From Clostridia bacterium (GTDB lineage: Bacteria; Bacillota; Clostridia; Oscillospirales; CAG-272): a stretch of DNA of 64,000 nt. This document shows positions 1-7,615 of this stretch, piece by piece; positions within the stretch are counted from its first letter, which is position 1, and each line of letters begins with the position of its first letter. Below the pieces are notes generated by a model that saw nothing but the letters and a program-made list of their open reading frames with translations, made no database searches and was not told the origin of the DNA. The stretch is from contig JAFQMP010000073.1 in assembly GCA_017396225.1 (NCBI GenBank), forward strand, positions 1,897 to 65,896, read 5' to 3'. The position numbers were made by a program, and so were the translations under genes.

Positions 1-1378
1 CTACCTCAAAGGTAGAAGCGGTTTCAATGCGCACCATAAATGCCTCGACCAGACGTGCGGCCGCCTTGGTGGCCTTCCAGCCAACGGTTGCACGCTGATT
101 GAGAGGGTCTGCCGTGCCCGCGGAGCCCAGCTGCTTAACAATGTGCTCAAGGCCGCCGCCTGCAAGCTCGGTTGTGCCGTAGGCGTTATCACCGAGCACC
201 AGAGTTGCGTAGACATCTCTACCCGCAAGACCTGCCTCACCGGGATAGAGCATATCCTGTGCGGTCGTGGTGATATCGGTGCTGCCGATACCGCCTGCCA
301 CAAGCTGTCTGTCAAAGAACAGATAGTTTTCGCCGCCCTCGCTGTACACACCGCCCGTAATCTCGGCATACTGCCAAGAGGACTCAGAGGCATCGTATAT
401 CAGCACGCTGCGACCAATCATATCGGGGCTGACGCGGAAGCCGTTACCCAGCTGCAAGCGGTACTTGGAGCCGGTGCCGAAGCCCTCGCTTGCCACGCCT
501 GCGTTAGAGAGCGTGGTGTAGGCATCGGAAACACAGGGAATGGTACGCGAGGTGGGGGTGAGGTCGGGTGCATGGAAGACCTTTGCCTCCGTGCTCTCGA
601 CAAAGCGCACGCCCTCAATCATACCGATTTCACCCTCGTAAAGCTCCTTGGTGTCGCAATACTGGTGGGGGTACTTCCAGTTGGCATCGCTCGTCAGGTC
701 GTACGCACAGTCGGGGTGAATGATGCAGGCGTAAGCGCCGTTAATCTTCTCCGCGTTCTGGTTCTTCAGGAAGCGCACAGCGCGCTTGATGCAATCCACG
801 CTCATGTAGTGGTTGCCGCTTTCCTGACCGCCGCAGAGCAGGTAACGAGCCGTTACAGCGTCCTCGCCGTACTGCACATTCGTGCCGCCGCACAGCACCT
901 CACGGGTAATGGTATCCAGCGTTCTGCCTGCCTGAGAGCCAAGCAGCTTGGTTGCCATAACCAGATTGTTGTCAATCGCGGCAAGCAGCAGAAGGTCGGA
1001 AAGCTCGACATAGCCGCCGTACTGACGGACGGTTGCCTCAACCGCACCCATATTAAGGGACTGACCCGTGGGGGTCACACCCTCGGAAAGTGCTGCGGTC
1101 AGCTTGGGCAGCGGATCATACTTACGGAAGCGAATCGACTTGCCACCATTTTTGGGAATGGCGTGCTTCTGTGCAAACTGGTCGTGAATCAGGTTGGGCT
1201 CCGCATTGTCGATAAGATAATCGGCGTAATAGGTACGCATCTCATCGGAGAGACCTGCACCCTCCAGATAGGCGGTTACAGTACCGCCCTCCGCATCGGT
1301 GTAGCCAACGGTGGTGTTGACGTTTTTGCCTGCGCCAAAGCGCTGCAGGTCAAAATACTTGTTTTCCTTGTTCATCAT
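1..1378 (-). CDS. phage major capsid protein (3' end runs off the window)
   Basis: Not in the supplied ORF track. Hand translation of the reverse strand from the ATG at 1378 (RBS AAGAAAGGAA upstream) stays open to position 1: MMNKENKYFDLQRFGAGKNVNTTVGYTDAEGG...ATVGWKATKAAARLVEAFMVRIETASTFEV. Normal amino-acid composition. Lies directly after the scaffold gene in canonical head-module order. Confidence 0.7.
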   Translation of the reverse strand, partial: MMNKENKYFDLQRFGAGKNVNTTVGYTDAEGGTVTAYLEGAGLSDEMRTYYADYLIDNAEPNLIHDQFAQKHAIPKNGGKSIRFRKYDPLPKLTAALSEGVTPTGQSLNMGAVEATVRQYGGYVELSDLLLLAAIDNNLVMATKLLGSQAGRTLDTITREVLCGGTNVQYGEDAVTARYLLCGGQESGNHYMSVDCIKRAVRFLKNQNAEKINGAYACIIHPDCAYDLTSDANWKYPHQYCDTKELYEGEIGMIEGVRFVESTEAKVFHAPDLTPTSRTIPCVSDAYTTLSNAGVASEGFGTGSKYRLQLGNGFRVSPDMIGRSVLIYDASESSWQYAEITGGVYSEGGENYLFFDRQLVAGGIGSTDITTTAQDMLYPGEAGLAGRDVYATLVLGDNAYGTTELAGGGLEHIVKQLGSAGTADPLNQRATVGWKATKAAARLVEAFMVRIETASTFEV

Positions 1379-1413
1379 AATTCCTTTCTTGTTCAGATGC
1401 GGGTCTGACGGAA

Positions 1414-2076
1414 TTAAAACTCAATGCGCTCACCGCGCAAGGAGCGCCTTGCCATTTCAGCGCGGTCGTGACGGGTGAGGTGTGCTGCGCCGTTGCCCTG
1501 ATATGCACCGACACCGGGAATCAATGCACTCTCCACAGGGCGCAGACCGCGTGCGCGAATGCTATCAAGCACCGCACGCTCTGTTTCCTCTCTCGTCCGT
1601 TCCACCGCCTCTCTGACAGCAGCGGCTATCACATCTGCCTGCGCCTCCGCCGCATCTGCGGCGGGCACATCGGCTGCGGGGGGCTCTGTCGCCGTCTCTG
1701 TCGACGCATCTTTTCCTGTTTCCGCCCGTAAGGCGGCACACAGCTCCCTTTCGTCCCGCGAGCCAAAGCGCTCTGCCGCCGCATCAATCACGGTACGGGC
1801 ACGCGCAAGCTCCTCCATCATTCCCTTTTGTTCCTTGAAGCGACGGTTGAAGGTTTCCTGGAAATATGCGGTAAAGAGGTCCTTGTATTCCCCCTCTATC
1901 AAATCCCTGAACGCCTTTTCACGTCCCTTCTCCTCCTCTTGCTCCCCGGCGACAGGAGCGTGCGCTACGGTTTCGCCCGATTCTTCGGCTGCCTGAAGGG
2001 TGAGCTCAGGCGTATCCTTTCCACCCACATCGGTCCCCTCAAAAAGAGTCAGACCGCACCAAATACCATGTGTCAT
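1414..2076 (-). CDS. phage scaffolding protein (putative)
   Basis: 220-aa acidic, Ala/Glu-rich product (EEEKGREKAFRDLIEGEYKDLFTAYFQETFNRRFKEQ) between the protease and capsid genes. RBS GGTGAGG lies upstream of the ATG at 2076. Confidence 0.6.
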   Translation of the reverse strand: MTHGIWCGLTLFEGTDVGGKDTPELTLQAAEESGETVAHAPVAGEQEEEKGREKAFRDLIEGEYKDLFTAYFQETFNRRFKEQKGMMEELARARTVIDAAAERFGSRDERELCAALRAETGKDASTETATEPPAADVPAADAAEAQADVIAAAVREAVERTREETERAVLDSIRARGLRPVESALIPGVGAYQGNGAAHLTRHDRAEMARRSLRGERIEF

Positions 2077-2084
2077 TTTTTACC

Positions 2085-2462
2085 TCACCTTTCGTGATGG
2101 GCGGAGACGGCGCTTGCCTTCTCTCGTTCCCCACTATACCACCTGACCGTACCGTCGACAAGCGCGGTACGGTGCAGGGCATGAAAATATAAGGGATATG
2201 CAGCTGCCAGCGCCGCAAGCGCCTGCACGGTCATATCAAATGCACCGCGCAAGCCACCCACACAGGAAAGAAAAACCTCTCCCTCACGCATCACAAGCCG
2301 CTTATTGCGGCAGCGCGGCTCCTGCTCCGCAAAGGAGAGGAGCGCGCCCGTGAGCGCTGACACCGCTGCACAAACAAGCGGCGCCTCACTGCCCTCCCCT
2401 GCGTGTCCCTGTACAAGAAGACGGTATTTCGCCCCCCGTCTGTCGGCATAAACCGTAATCAC
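2085..2462 (-). CDS. Prp/YsxB-like cysteine protease (phage-encoded)
   Basis: 125 aa with the His/Cys dyad context of the L27-processing protease family (LVQGHAG ... PLVCAAVSALTGALL). The GTG start overlaps the portal stop (GTGA). Confidence 0.65.
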   Translation of the reverse strand: MITVYADRRGAKYRLLVQGHAGEGSEAPLVCAAVSALTGALLSFAEQEPRCRNKRLVMREGEVFLSCVGGLRGAFDMTVQALAALAAAYPLYFHALHRTALVDGTVRWYSGEREKASAVSAHHER

Positions 2463-4180
2463 AGCGCAGCCTCCGCCACCGCCGTATCACGCACACGTAC
2501 CGCCCCTGCCTCGGCACGTGCAAGCGCCTGCTCACGAAAATCCGATGTTATGGGCGTCCTCCCGTGCTTTTGCGATTGCGCGCCCACCGTTTCACCTGCG
2601 TGCGCCGCAACACGGGCACGTACACGCTCCACACCAGGAAAATCCATTGCATCAAGCAAAATGGTGGCAGCGGCTGCATTTTCGGGTGCAAATACACCCA
2701 TTGAAAAGAGCTGCTTCAACATCTCGTTGTAGGAATAACGCGTATACGGGTTGCTTTTCTCGGCACGCACCTCAATATCAAACACCGGACGACGGGTGAG
2801 CAATGTGCCACCCTCCAGTACGCCGAGTGTCTGCTCCTTGATGCCGCTGTTCGACCAGTGCAGATAACGGTTGCCACCCGCACTGCCGAGAATACGGAAG
2901 CAGCGCTGCTCATCGTAAAACTGGCGCACGCACTCAACCATCAGCTCGGCAACCGCAACAAAGGCGCGGTAGGAGGCGGCAACCATATCACGCATCGTTT
3001 TGTTGCCCGATTCCTGCAACGCGGCAATCGCTGCGGCAGCAGTCACACCCGTATCGGGCGAGCCCTGCAGCACGTCGCGGTTGGCGGTAGTTTCCTTCAG
3101 CTCGCGAATTTTATCAGACTTGAGCTCCCGCCAGATGGTATCAAGGGGTGCGACCTCAATCTGGCGCAGGCGCTCCTCGTCGGGGTCACCCTCCACCGAA
3201 ACAATGCGGCGGGAAAGGTCGCAAAATTCCTCCTCATTCACGCCTGTGCTGCGCTTACAGAAATAGCGCACCCTGGTTGCCCAATCCATATATTCGAGCA
3301 GATTGCGGTCAATGCGGTCAATGTAGGTTTGGGGGTCACGCCCCACGGCAATCACGCCGAAGCCCAAGGCACTCCCTGCAATTGGGTAGAGCACATCAAG
3401 CACAAAGGGGAAACGACCGTGATGATACCAGCCATTCTCGTAAAGCGGGTCATTTTCACTCGCGAAAAGCACGGTTTCACCTGTAAACTTGCAATAGTGC
3501 AGGACGGTGCGCCCATCGGCAGTGCGCTTTTTGTAATACCAGTCAACCACCAACGCGGTGTTCTCGCCGTCTGCGCCAAAGAGGCCGTCCAGCGCATCAC
3601 CTGTGACACTGCCGTCATAACGCGGAAAGCGTGCTCGCAGCAGGGCGCGGTCAACCTGCTCCACGTAATAAACCGAGCAGGAATCCTGAATGTTTTTCAC
3701 ACCGGGCTGCCAGTAAAGCTGCGCGAGGTCAACGGCACGCACGTCCACATCGCCGAGGCCGTTTTCAAGCTCGGCATTAAAGAAAACGCCCCAGGCGCAG
3801 ACACCGTGCTTAAGCTTGTACCACATATTATCCGAGTACGCACCCGCAAAGCCCGAGCGCGAGAGAATGACAGGGAGAATAGCGGAAAGTGCCTCGGCAT
3901 CAGCCTCATCACTCTCCTCACGCGGCAGACAGACCGCCGTTGGGATATTCTCCATAAGGTCGGCATGCTTTTGCATCAGCGCATTGAAAAGCCAGGCGGA
4001 GGTGGGCGCGGTGCGCTCCCCCTCGCTGTTCTGGCGCGCCTGAGGCGCCATACGCAGGCGATACCAGTTTTCCTCCTCACGGATACGAGTGGCAAGTCCC
4101 TCGCGCTCACGGCGCCAGACAAGCAGCTCCTCTGCAGCAGCCTTGATTTCAGGCTTGCCAATGATAGTTTTTTTCTTCAT
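2459..4180 (-). CDS. phage portal protein (putative)
   Basis: 573-aa ORF between the large terminase and the protease/scaffold/capsid genes. Start chosen at MKKKTIIGKPEIK (ATG 4180) with RBS GAAAGGA. The track ORF extends upstream to 4294 without an RBS. Confidence 0.65.
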   Translation of the reverse strand: MKKKTIIGKPEIKAAAEELLVWRREREGLATRIREEENWYRLRMAPQARQNSEGERTAPTSAWLFNALMQKHADLMENIPTAVCLPREESDEADAEALSAILPVILSRSGFAGAYSDNMWYKLKHGVCAWGVFFNAELENGLGDVDVRAVDLAQLYWQPGVKNIQDSCSVYYVEQVDRALLRARFPRYDGSVTGDALDGLFGADGENTALVVDWYYKKRTADGRTVLHYCKFTGETVLFASENDPLYENGWYHHGRFPFVLDVLYPIAGSALGFGVIAVGRDPQTYIDRIDRNLLEYMDWATRVRYFCKRSTGVNEEEFCDLSRRIVSVEGDPDEERLRQIEVAPLDTIWRELKSDKIRELKETTANRDVLQGSPDTGVTAAAAIAALQESGNKTMRDMVAASYRAFVAVAELMVECVRQFYDEQRCFRILGSAGGNRYLHWSNSGIKEQTLGVLEGGTLLTRRPVFDIEVRAEKSNPYTRYSYNEMLKQLFSMGVFAPENAAAATILLDAMDFPGVERVRARVAAHAGETVGAQSQKHGRTPITSDFREQALARAEAGAVRVRDTAVAEAAL

Positions 4181-4199
4181 AACAATCCTTTCTGCGCAC

Positions 4200-5606
4200 T
4201 CAGCGCAATTCATTTCTGTGTGCATAAACCGTGATTTCACGGTCAAGCGGGTCAAGCATACGTATCGGACGCGGCACGCGCTGCTCCTCGGCACGCATCG
4301 GCACCATCATACAAAGATACCGTGTTTCATCTGCAATATGGTCCTCCATATCGCTATCCACGTCCTCCACTGCCGTGCGGCTGTATTGCAGGGTCGGCAC
4401 CGTGCGCAAAAACTCGCGGCAGGTGTTGAATACATAGAGCATCGGTACGCCGTTTTTATCAAAGGCAAGACGGCTGTGCAGTTGCATCCAGCCCGCCACA
4501 CGACGGTTGTCGCCACGCTCAAAATACACCCCATAGCGTTCTGCGGTTTCGGCAATTGCCTCCCCTCTGGAGGCGTCCCATATCGCGGGGTCCGCGACCC
4601 CCGTGACCGTTCTGCCCGAGAGCCAGGGGTGCTCCCGCTCCACGCGGGCAATCTCCCTGAAAATCTCCTCGGGTGTCAGACGGACGCCGACATTTGCCTC
4701 GCCCTGCGCGCAGCCGTAAAATTCCATCAGACGGTAAAGCCTACCGTCCCCGTCCTTTCCCCACCAGCCAACCGAAAAGGGCTTGGCATAACCAAAGTCA
4801 AAGGAGCGATAAATGCGCCAGCTCGCAGGCGGCTCAAAGGGTGCTATCACGTGTGTATACAGACGGTCTGCATAATGCGTGGGGTCATCGCGAAACTCCT
4901 CAAAGACCTGTCCCTCATACACATTCCAATCCCCCTCCAAATGCGCCCTTCTCTTATGGGCCGGCAGCGCCTCCAGGCGGCGCACATAATCGGGGTCTGC
5001 CGACATCAGCACGCGGTTATCATAAACCACGGCGGGGATAAAGGCGTAGTCCTCAGGATTTTCAAGCCCCTCAAAGCGACGGTCAATAAAAAGCCTTTTG
5101 ATATACGCGTGTCCAACCCCGCCCGGGTTGCAGGTGTAATAGACACGAGTGCGGAAATACGACTTGGTGGTACGGAGTGCCGTACAAATAAAGACAATCC
5201 ATTCCTCCTTGAAATGAGTCGCCTCCTCAAAGCCGATGACATCATATTCCGCGCCCTGATATTGCAGCACGTCACCGTCGCTGTCACAATATCCGAGAGT
5301 CAGGCGGGAGCCGTTTGGAAAGAGGAAGGCACGCTCGTCCTTTTTATAGGTCGCAAAGCCCAGAAGCTCACTTTGCAGGGGGAGAATATGATTTTCGCGA
5401 AGCTCCTGCAGACTGCGGCGCAGGAGGAGCAAGCGGAGTGCGGGGTAACGCATCGCCAGCATCACCATTTTACGGCGCATCGCCCAGGATTTCCCACCGC
5501 CGCGTGCACCGCCGTATGCCACGTGCTTTGCCTCACTTAAAAAGAACTCCTGTTGTCTTGCATTGGGCACCTCGTGCCTCAGCTTGTCAAAAATCAGCGG
5601 CTCCAT
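4200..5606 (-). CDS. terL: phage terminase large subunit
   Basis: 468 aa with a Walker A-like YGGARGGGKSW near the N-terminus, followed by a nuclease-type C-terminal half. RBS GGGGGAG. Position is upstream of the portal gene. Confidence 0.85.
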   Translation of the reverse strand: MEPLIFDKLRHEVPNARQQEFFLSEAKHVAYGGARGGGKSWAMRRKMVMLAMRYPALRLLLLRRSLQELRENHILPLQSELLGFATYKKDERAFLFPNGSRLTLGYCDSDGDVLQYQGAEYDVIGFEEATHFKEEWIVFICTALRTTKSYFRTRVYYTCNPGGVGHAYIKRLFIDRRFEGLENPEDYAFIPAVVYDNRVLMSADPDYVRRLEALPAHKRRAHLEGDWNVYEGQVFEEFRDDPTHYADRLYTHVIAPFEPPASWRIYRSFDFGYAKPFSVGWWGKDGDGRLYRLMEFYGCAQGEANVGVRLTPEEIFREIARVEREHPWLSGRTVTGVADPAIWDASRGEAIAETAERYGVYFERGDNRRVAGWMQLHSRLAFDKNGVPMLYVFNTCREFLRTVPTLQYSRTAVEDVDSDMEDHIADETRYLCMMVPMRAEEQRVPRPIRMLDPLDREITVYAHRNELR

Positions 5607-5836
5607 GACTCAAGCTCCCCCTCAAAGCGAATCACGCCACTCCCCTCACCGCCGTCAAAGAGCGACCCGCCCGACTTGCCGCAGGCGCGGTCCAGAATAC
5701 TCTCGGCAGCCTTCAGGCGCAGCTCGGGCTTGTTTTCGGTATCGTTCATCAGAGAAACGATAACCGCCACCGCAGCAGCACCCGCATCGCGTAGGAGCAG
5801 CCTCGGGTCAAGTGGCAGTGCGGGCTTATCGGTCAT
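5594..5836 (-). CDS. small terminase-like protein (putative, short)
   Basis: 80 aa from the ATG at 5836 (the track starts at TTG 5839), with RBS GGGAGGTGG. Overlaps the terL start by 13 nt. Carries a C-terminal LRLKAAESILDRACGK motif resembling small-terminase tails. No obvious HTH. Confidence 0.35.
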   Translation of the reverse strand: MTDKPALPLDPRLLLRDAGAAAVAVIVSLMNDTENKPELRLKAAESILDRACGKSGGSLFDGGEGSGVIRFEGELESWSR

Positions 5837-5851
5837 CAAGCACCACCTCCC

Positions 5852-6190
5852 TTACGCCTCGGGCGTCACCCTCTCAAAGGCAAGGCGGTAATCACCCTCT
5901 GTACTGACAGCCTTCAGACACCAGGCATCAAGCACAGCAGTCAGCGCAGACTTCTCAATACTGATACCAAGCACATCGGTGCTGCCAATAACACGCACCG
6001 CCTCATTTGCGGCGCCGTCACGTGCTGCGGCAAGTGCCAGCAGGGGCAGAAAGCCAACAAGCAGGCGATTAATTTCAGCCTCACCCGCCAAGTCCTCCTG
6101 CAACGCCTTAATTTGCTTGGCACGCGAGGAAAGCAGGTGCTTTGCTGCCTCAAGCTCCCTTTCAAGGCTCTCTTTTGTCTTCTCTTCCAT
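5852..6190 (-). CDS. hypothetical phage protein
   Basis: 112 aa with a coiled-coil-like N-terminus (EEKTKESLERELEAAKHLLSSRAKQIKALQEDL). Tightly packed in the operon. Confidence 0.5.
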   Translation of the reverse strand: MEEKTKESLERELEAAKHLLSSRAKQIKALQEDLAGEAEINRLLVGFLPLLALAAARDGAANEAVRVIGSTDVLGISIEKSALTAVLDAWCLKAVSTEGDYRLAFERVTPEA

Positions 6191-6387
6191 TACTGATATC
6201 TCCTTTCATAATACCCGTCAAGCGCAAGCTTGAAGGGACATTTCAGATACGCGCTCGGGTGAGCGCAGTAACCATAGACAATGTCGCGGCGCGACGTGCG
6301 GTCAGGGAAACGCAATTCCCCGCACTCACAATAGGTCACGCCATGCTTTTCATAGCGGTAATACGGACACATTCCTGCAACCGGCAT
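6190..6387 (-). CDS. small Cys-rich phage protein
   Basis: 65 aa with five Cys (CPYY..CEC..C..C). RBS AGAGAGG. First gene downstream of the switch region. Its stop overlaps the next start at 6190. Confidence 0.5.
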   Translation of the reverse strand: MPVAGMCPYYRYEKHGVTYCECGELRFPDRTSRRDIVYGYCAHPSAYLKCPFKLALDGYYERRYQ

Positions 6388-6408
6388 TTGTATACCTCTC
6401 TTTCGTTT

Positions 6409-6426
6409 TGTTTCGTTTTTGGAACG
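6409..6426. promoter_or_regulatory. operator-like imperfect palindrome O1 (TGTTTC-GTTTTT-GGAACG)
   Basis: 16/18 identical to the copy at 6644-6661. Lies in the 5' leader just upstream of the RBS of the first late gene. Confidence 0.45.
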
Positions 6427-6586
6427 GTTGGTGCGTGGCGCTCGCCGTCACAAAATCGGCACACACTCGCGCAACGCCATTCGTCCTTTTTTTAGGACGC
6501 TCATCTGAAAAAATCATTGTAAACGCGTGCTTTTTCCCTGAAATTCACAGTTTTATGCAAGCGCGTTTCATTTTTAGGACGATTAC

Positions 6587-6615
6587 AGCATACACCAATG
6601 CCGCCAATTTGTCAA
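6587..6615 (-). promoter_or_regulatory. sigma-A type promoter for the packaging/head operon
   Basis: Minus strand reads TTGACA (6610-6615), 17-nt spacer, TATGCT (6587-6592). Confidence 0.5.
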
Positions 6616-6643
6616 GAACAAAAACATGAACAAATTGTAAATT

Positions 6644-6661
6644 CGTTTCGTTTTTGAAACG
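6644..6661. promoter_or_regulatory. operator-like perfect-arm palindrome O2 (CGTTTC-GTTTTT-GAAACG)
   Basis: 6-bp perfect inverted arms with a 6-nt spacer. Sits between the two divergent -35 boxes. Confidence 0.5.
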
Positions 6662-6666
6662 GCCGC

Positions 6667-6695
6667 TTGACAGATATTTTGGCGTTTGATACAAT
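6667..6695 (+). promoter_or_regulatory. sigma-A type promoter for the XRE/ImmA genes
   Basis: TTGACA (6667-6672), 17-nt spacer, TACAAT (6690-6695), about 70 nt upstream of the XRE ATG. Confidence 0.6.
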
Positions 6696-6766
6696 AAAAA
6701 TAGTAGCAAGCTCCTGCTTGTTTCACTTCTAAAACGCCCTTTGGGCAAAAAAGAAAGGCAACGACA

Positions 6767-7072
6767 ATGACTGTATCCGACCGTATTCGTGCACAGATGC
6801 AACTGCTAAATCTCTCTTACGGCGAGCTGGCAGCTGCCACAGGACTTACCAAATCCGCGGTACACCGCTACGCCACGGGACTGACTGATAAGGTGCCCAC
6901 AGAAGCGCTGGAAAAGCTGGCAAGGGCACTTGGTGTTACCCCTGCCTATCTCACGGGCTGGGAGCAGCCACACACGCTTGCCGCACATTTTGAGGGGGAG
7001 GAATTTTCCCCCGAGGAGCTGAAGGAGATTGAGGACTTTGTCCGCTTCGTCAAATCCAAGCGCACACAGTAA
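6767..7072 (+). CDS. XRE-family HTH transcriptional regulator (phage repressor-like)
   Basis: 101 aa. N-terminal HTH_3-type sequence VSDRIRAQMQLLNLSYGELAAATGLTKSAVHRYATG. Divergent from the phage late genes. Confidence 0.85.
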   Translation: MTVSDRIRAQMQLLNLSYGELAAATGLTKSAVHRYATGLTDKVPTEALEKLARALGVTPAYLTGWEQPHTLAAHFEGEEFSPEELKEIEDFVRFVKSKRTQ

Positions 7073-7086
7073 CGGAGGCGCCAGGC

Positions 7087-7602
7087 ATGTACGAACAGCT
7101 GCTTGACGAGGCCGTCGCACACGGTCTGACCGTCATTGAAAAATACCCCTTTCTCTCTCCGCGTATCCGCGGGCTTTGCTGCGATGACACGATTGCAATC
7201 AGCGCGCAGGTTGAAACCGAGGCGGAGCGCAAGGTTGTGCTCTGCGAGGAGCTTGCACACGCCCTGCATTCCTACGGCAATATCCTCTGTGACCCCCAAA
7301 TGGAGCGCCGTGTGCGCGACCGCATTTTTGACCGCCTGATTGGTCTTGAGGGATTACTTGACGCCTTTCTTGCAGGCTGTCGCGAGCCCTGGGAGTTTGC
7401 AGAGCATTTTGATGTCCCCGAGGAATTTCTGCTTGAGGCTGTCGCCTCCTACCGCGCACGCTTTGGCACGATGACAAAATTATCCTGCGAAGCGGGCGAA
7501 TTTGCCATTTCCTTCGAGCCCACGCTGCGTTTGCGCCGCCTATGCAGAACGCGCAGTGGAAAGCGTGCCGTCGGTCGGCGCGCAGACTCCGAAACTGCCT
7601 GA
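7087..7602 (+). CDS. ImmA/IrrE-like metallopeptidase-domain protein (variant motif)
   Basis: 171 aa immediately after the XRE gene, with RBS GGAGG. Core ...DDTIAISAQVETEAERKVVLCEELAHALH resembles the ImmA HEXXH region, but the first His is Glu. Confidence 0.5.
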   Translation: MYEQLLDEAVAHGLTVIEKYPFLSPRIRGLCCDDTIAISAQVETEAERKVVLCEELAHALHSYGNILCDPQMERRVRDRIFDRLIGLEGLLDAFLAGCREPWEFAEHFDVPEEFLLEAVASYRARFGTMTKLSCEAGEFAISFEPTLRLRRLCRTRSGKRAVGRRADSETA

Positions 7603-7615
7603 AAGGAGTTTTTAT

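Larger units (their letters stand above)
1..7602. mobile_element. prophage-like element, right-hand part (head/packaging module plus XRE/ImmA switch); continues beyond the left window edge
   Basis: Contiguous minus-strand terminase-portal-protease-scaffold-capsid genes with overlapping stops and starts, plus a divergent XRE+ImmA pair. No integrase, replication gene or att site is visible in the window. Confidence 0.6.

Noticed and set aside
143-1408. 421-aa plus-strand ORF, the longest track entry at the left edge
   Set aside because: Antisense shadow of the capsid gene. The product is low-complexity (Arg/His/Gly/Val-rich) with no RBS. The opposite strand encodes a protein-like sequence in correct operon context.
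2858-5540. Plus-strand ORFs 2858..4234 (458 aa) and 4089..5540 (483 aa)
   Set aside because: Antisense shadows of the portal and large-terminase genes. Composition is skewed and there are no RBSs. They overlap well-supported minus-strand genes completely.
6430-6600. Possible small Cro-like ORF on the minus strand in the switch leader (ATG near 6519)
   Set aside because: No RBS. The frame runs through the operator and into the next gene's RBS. The product is Arg/Lys-rich and non-globular.
7502-7615. N-terminal extension of glpK suggested by the track (start at 7502)
   Set aside because: The canonical GlpK N-terminus MKKYLLSLDQGTTSSR begins at 7616 with a strong RBS. The extension overlaps the ImmA-like ORF and is Arg/Ser/Pro-rich.
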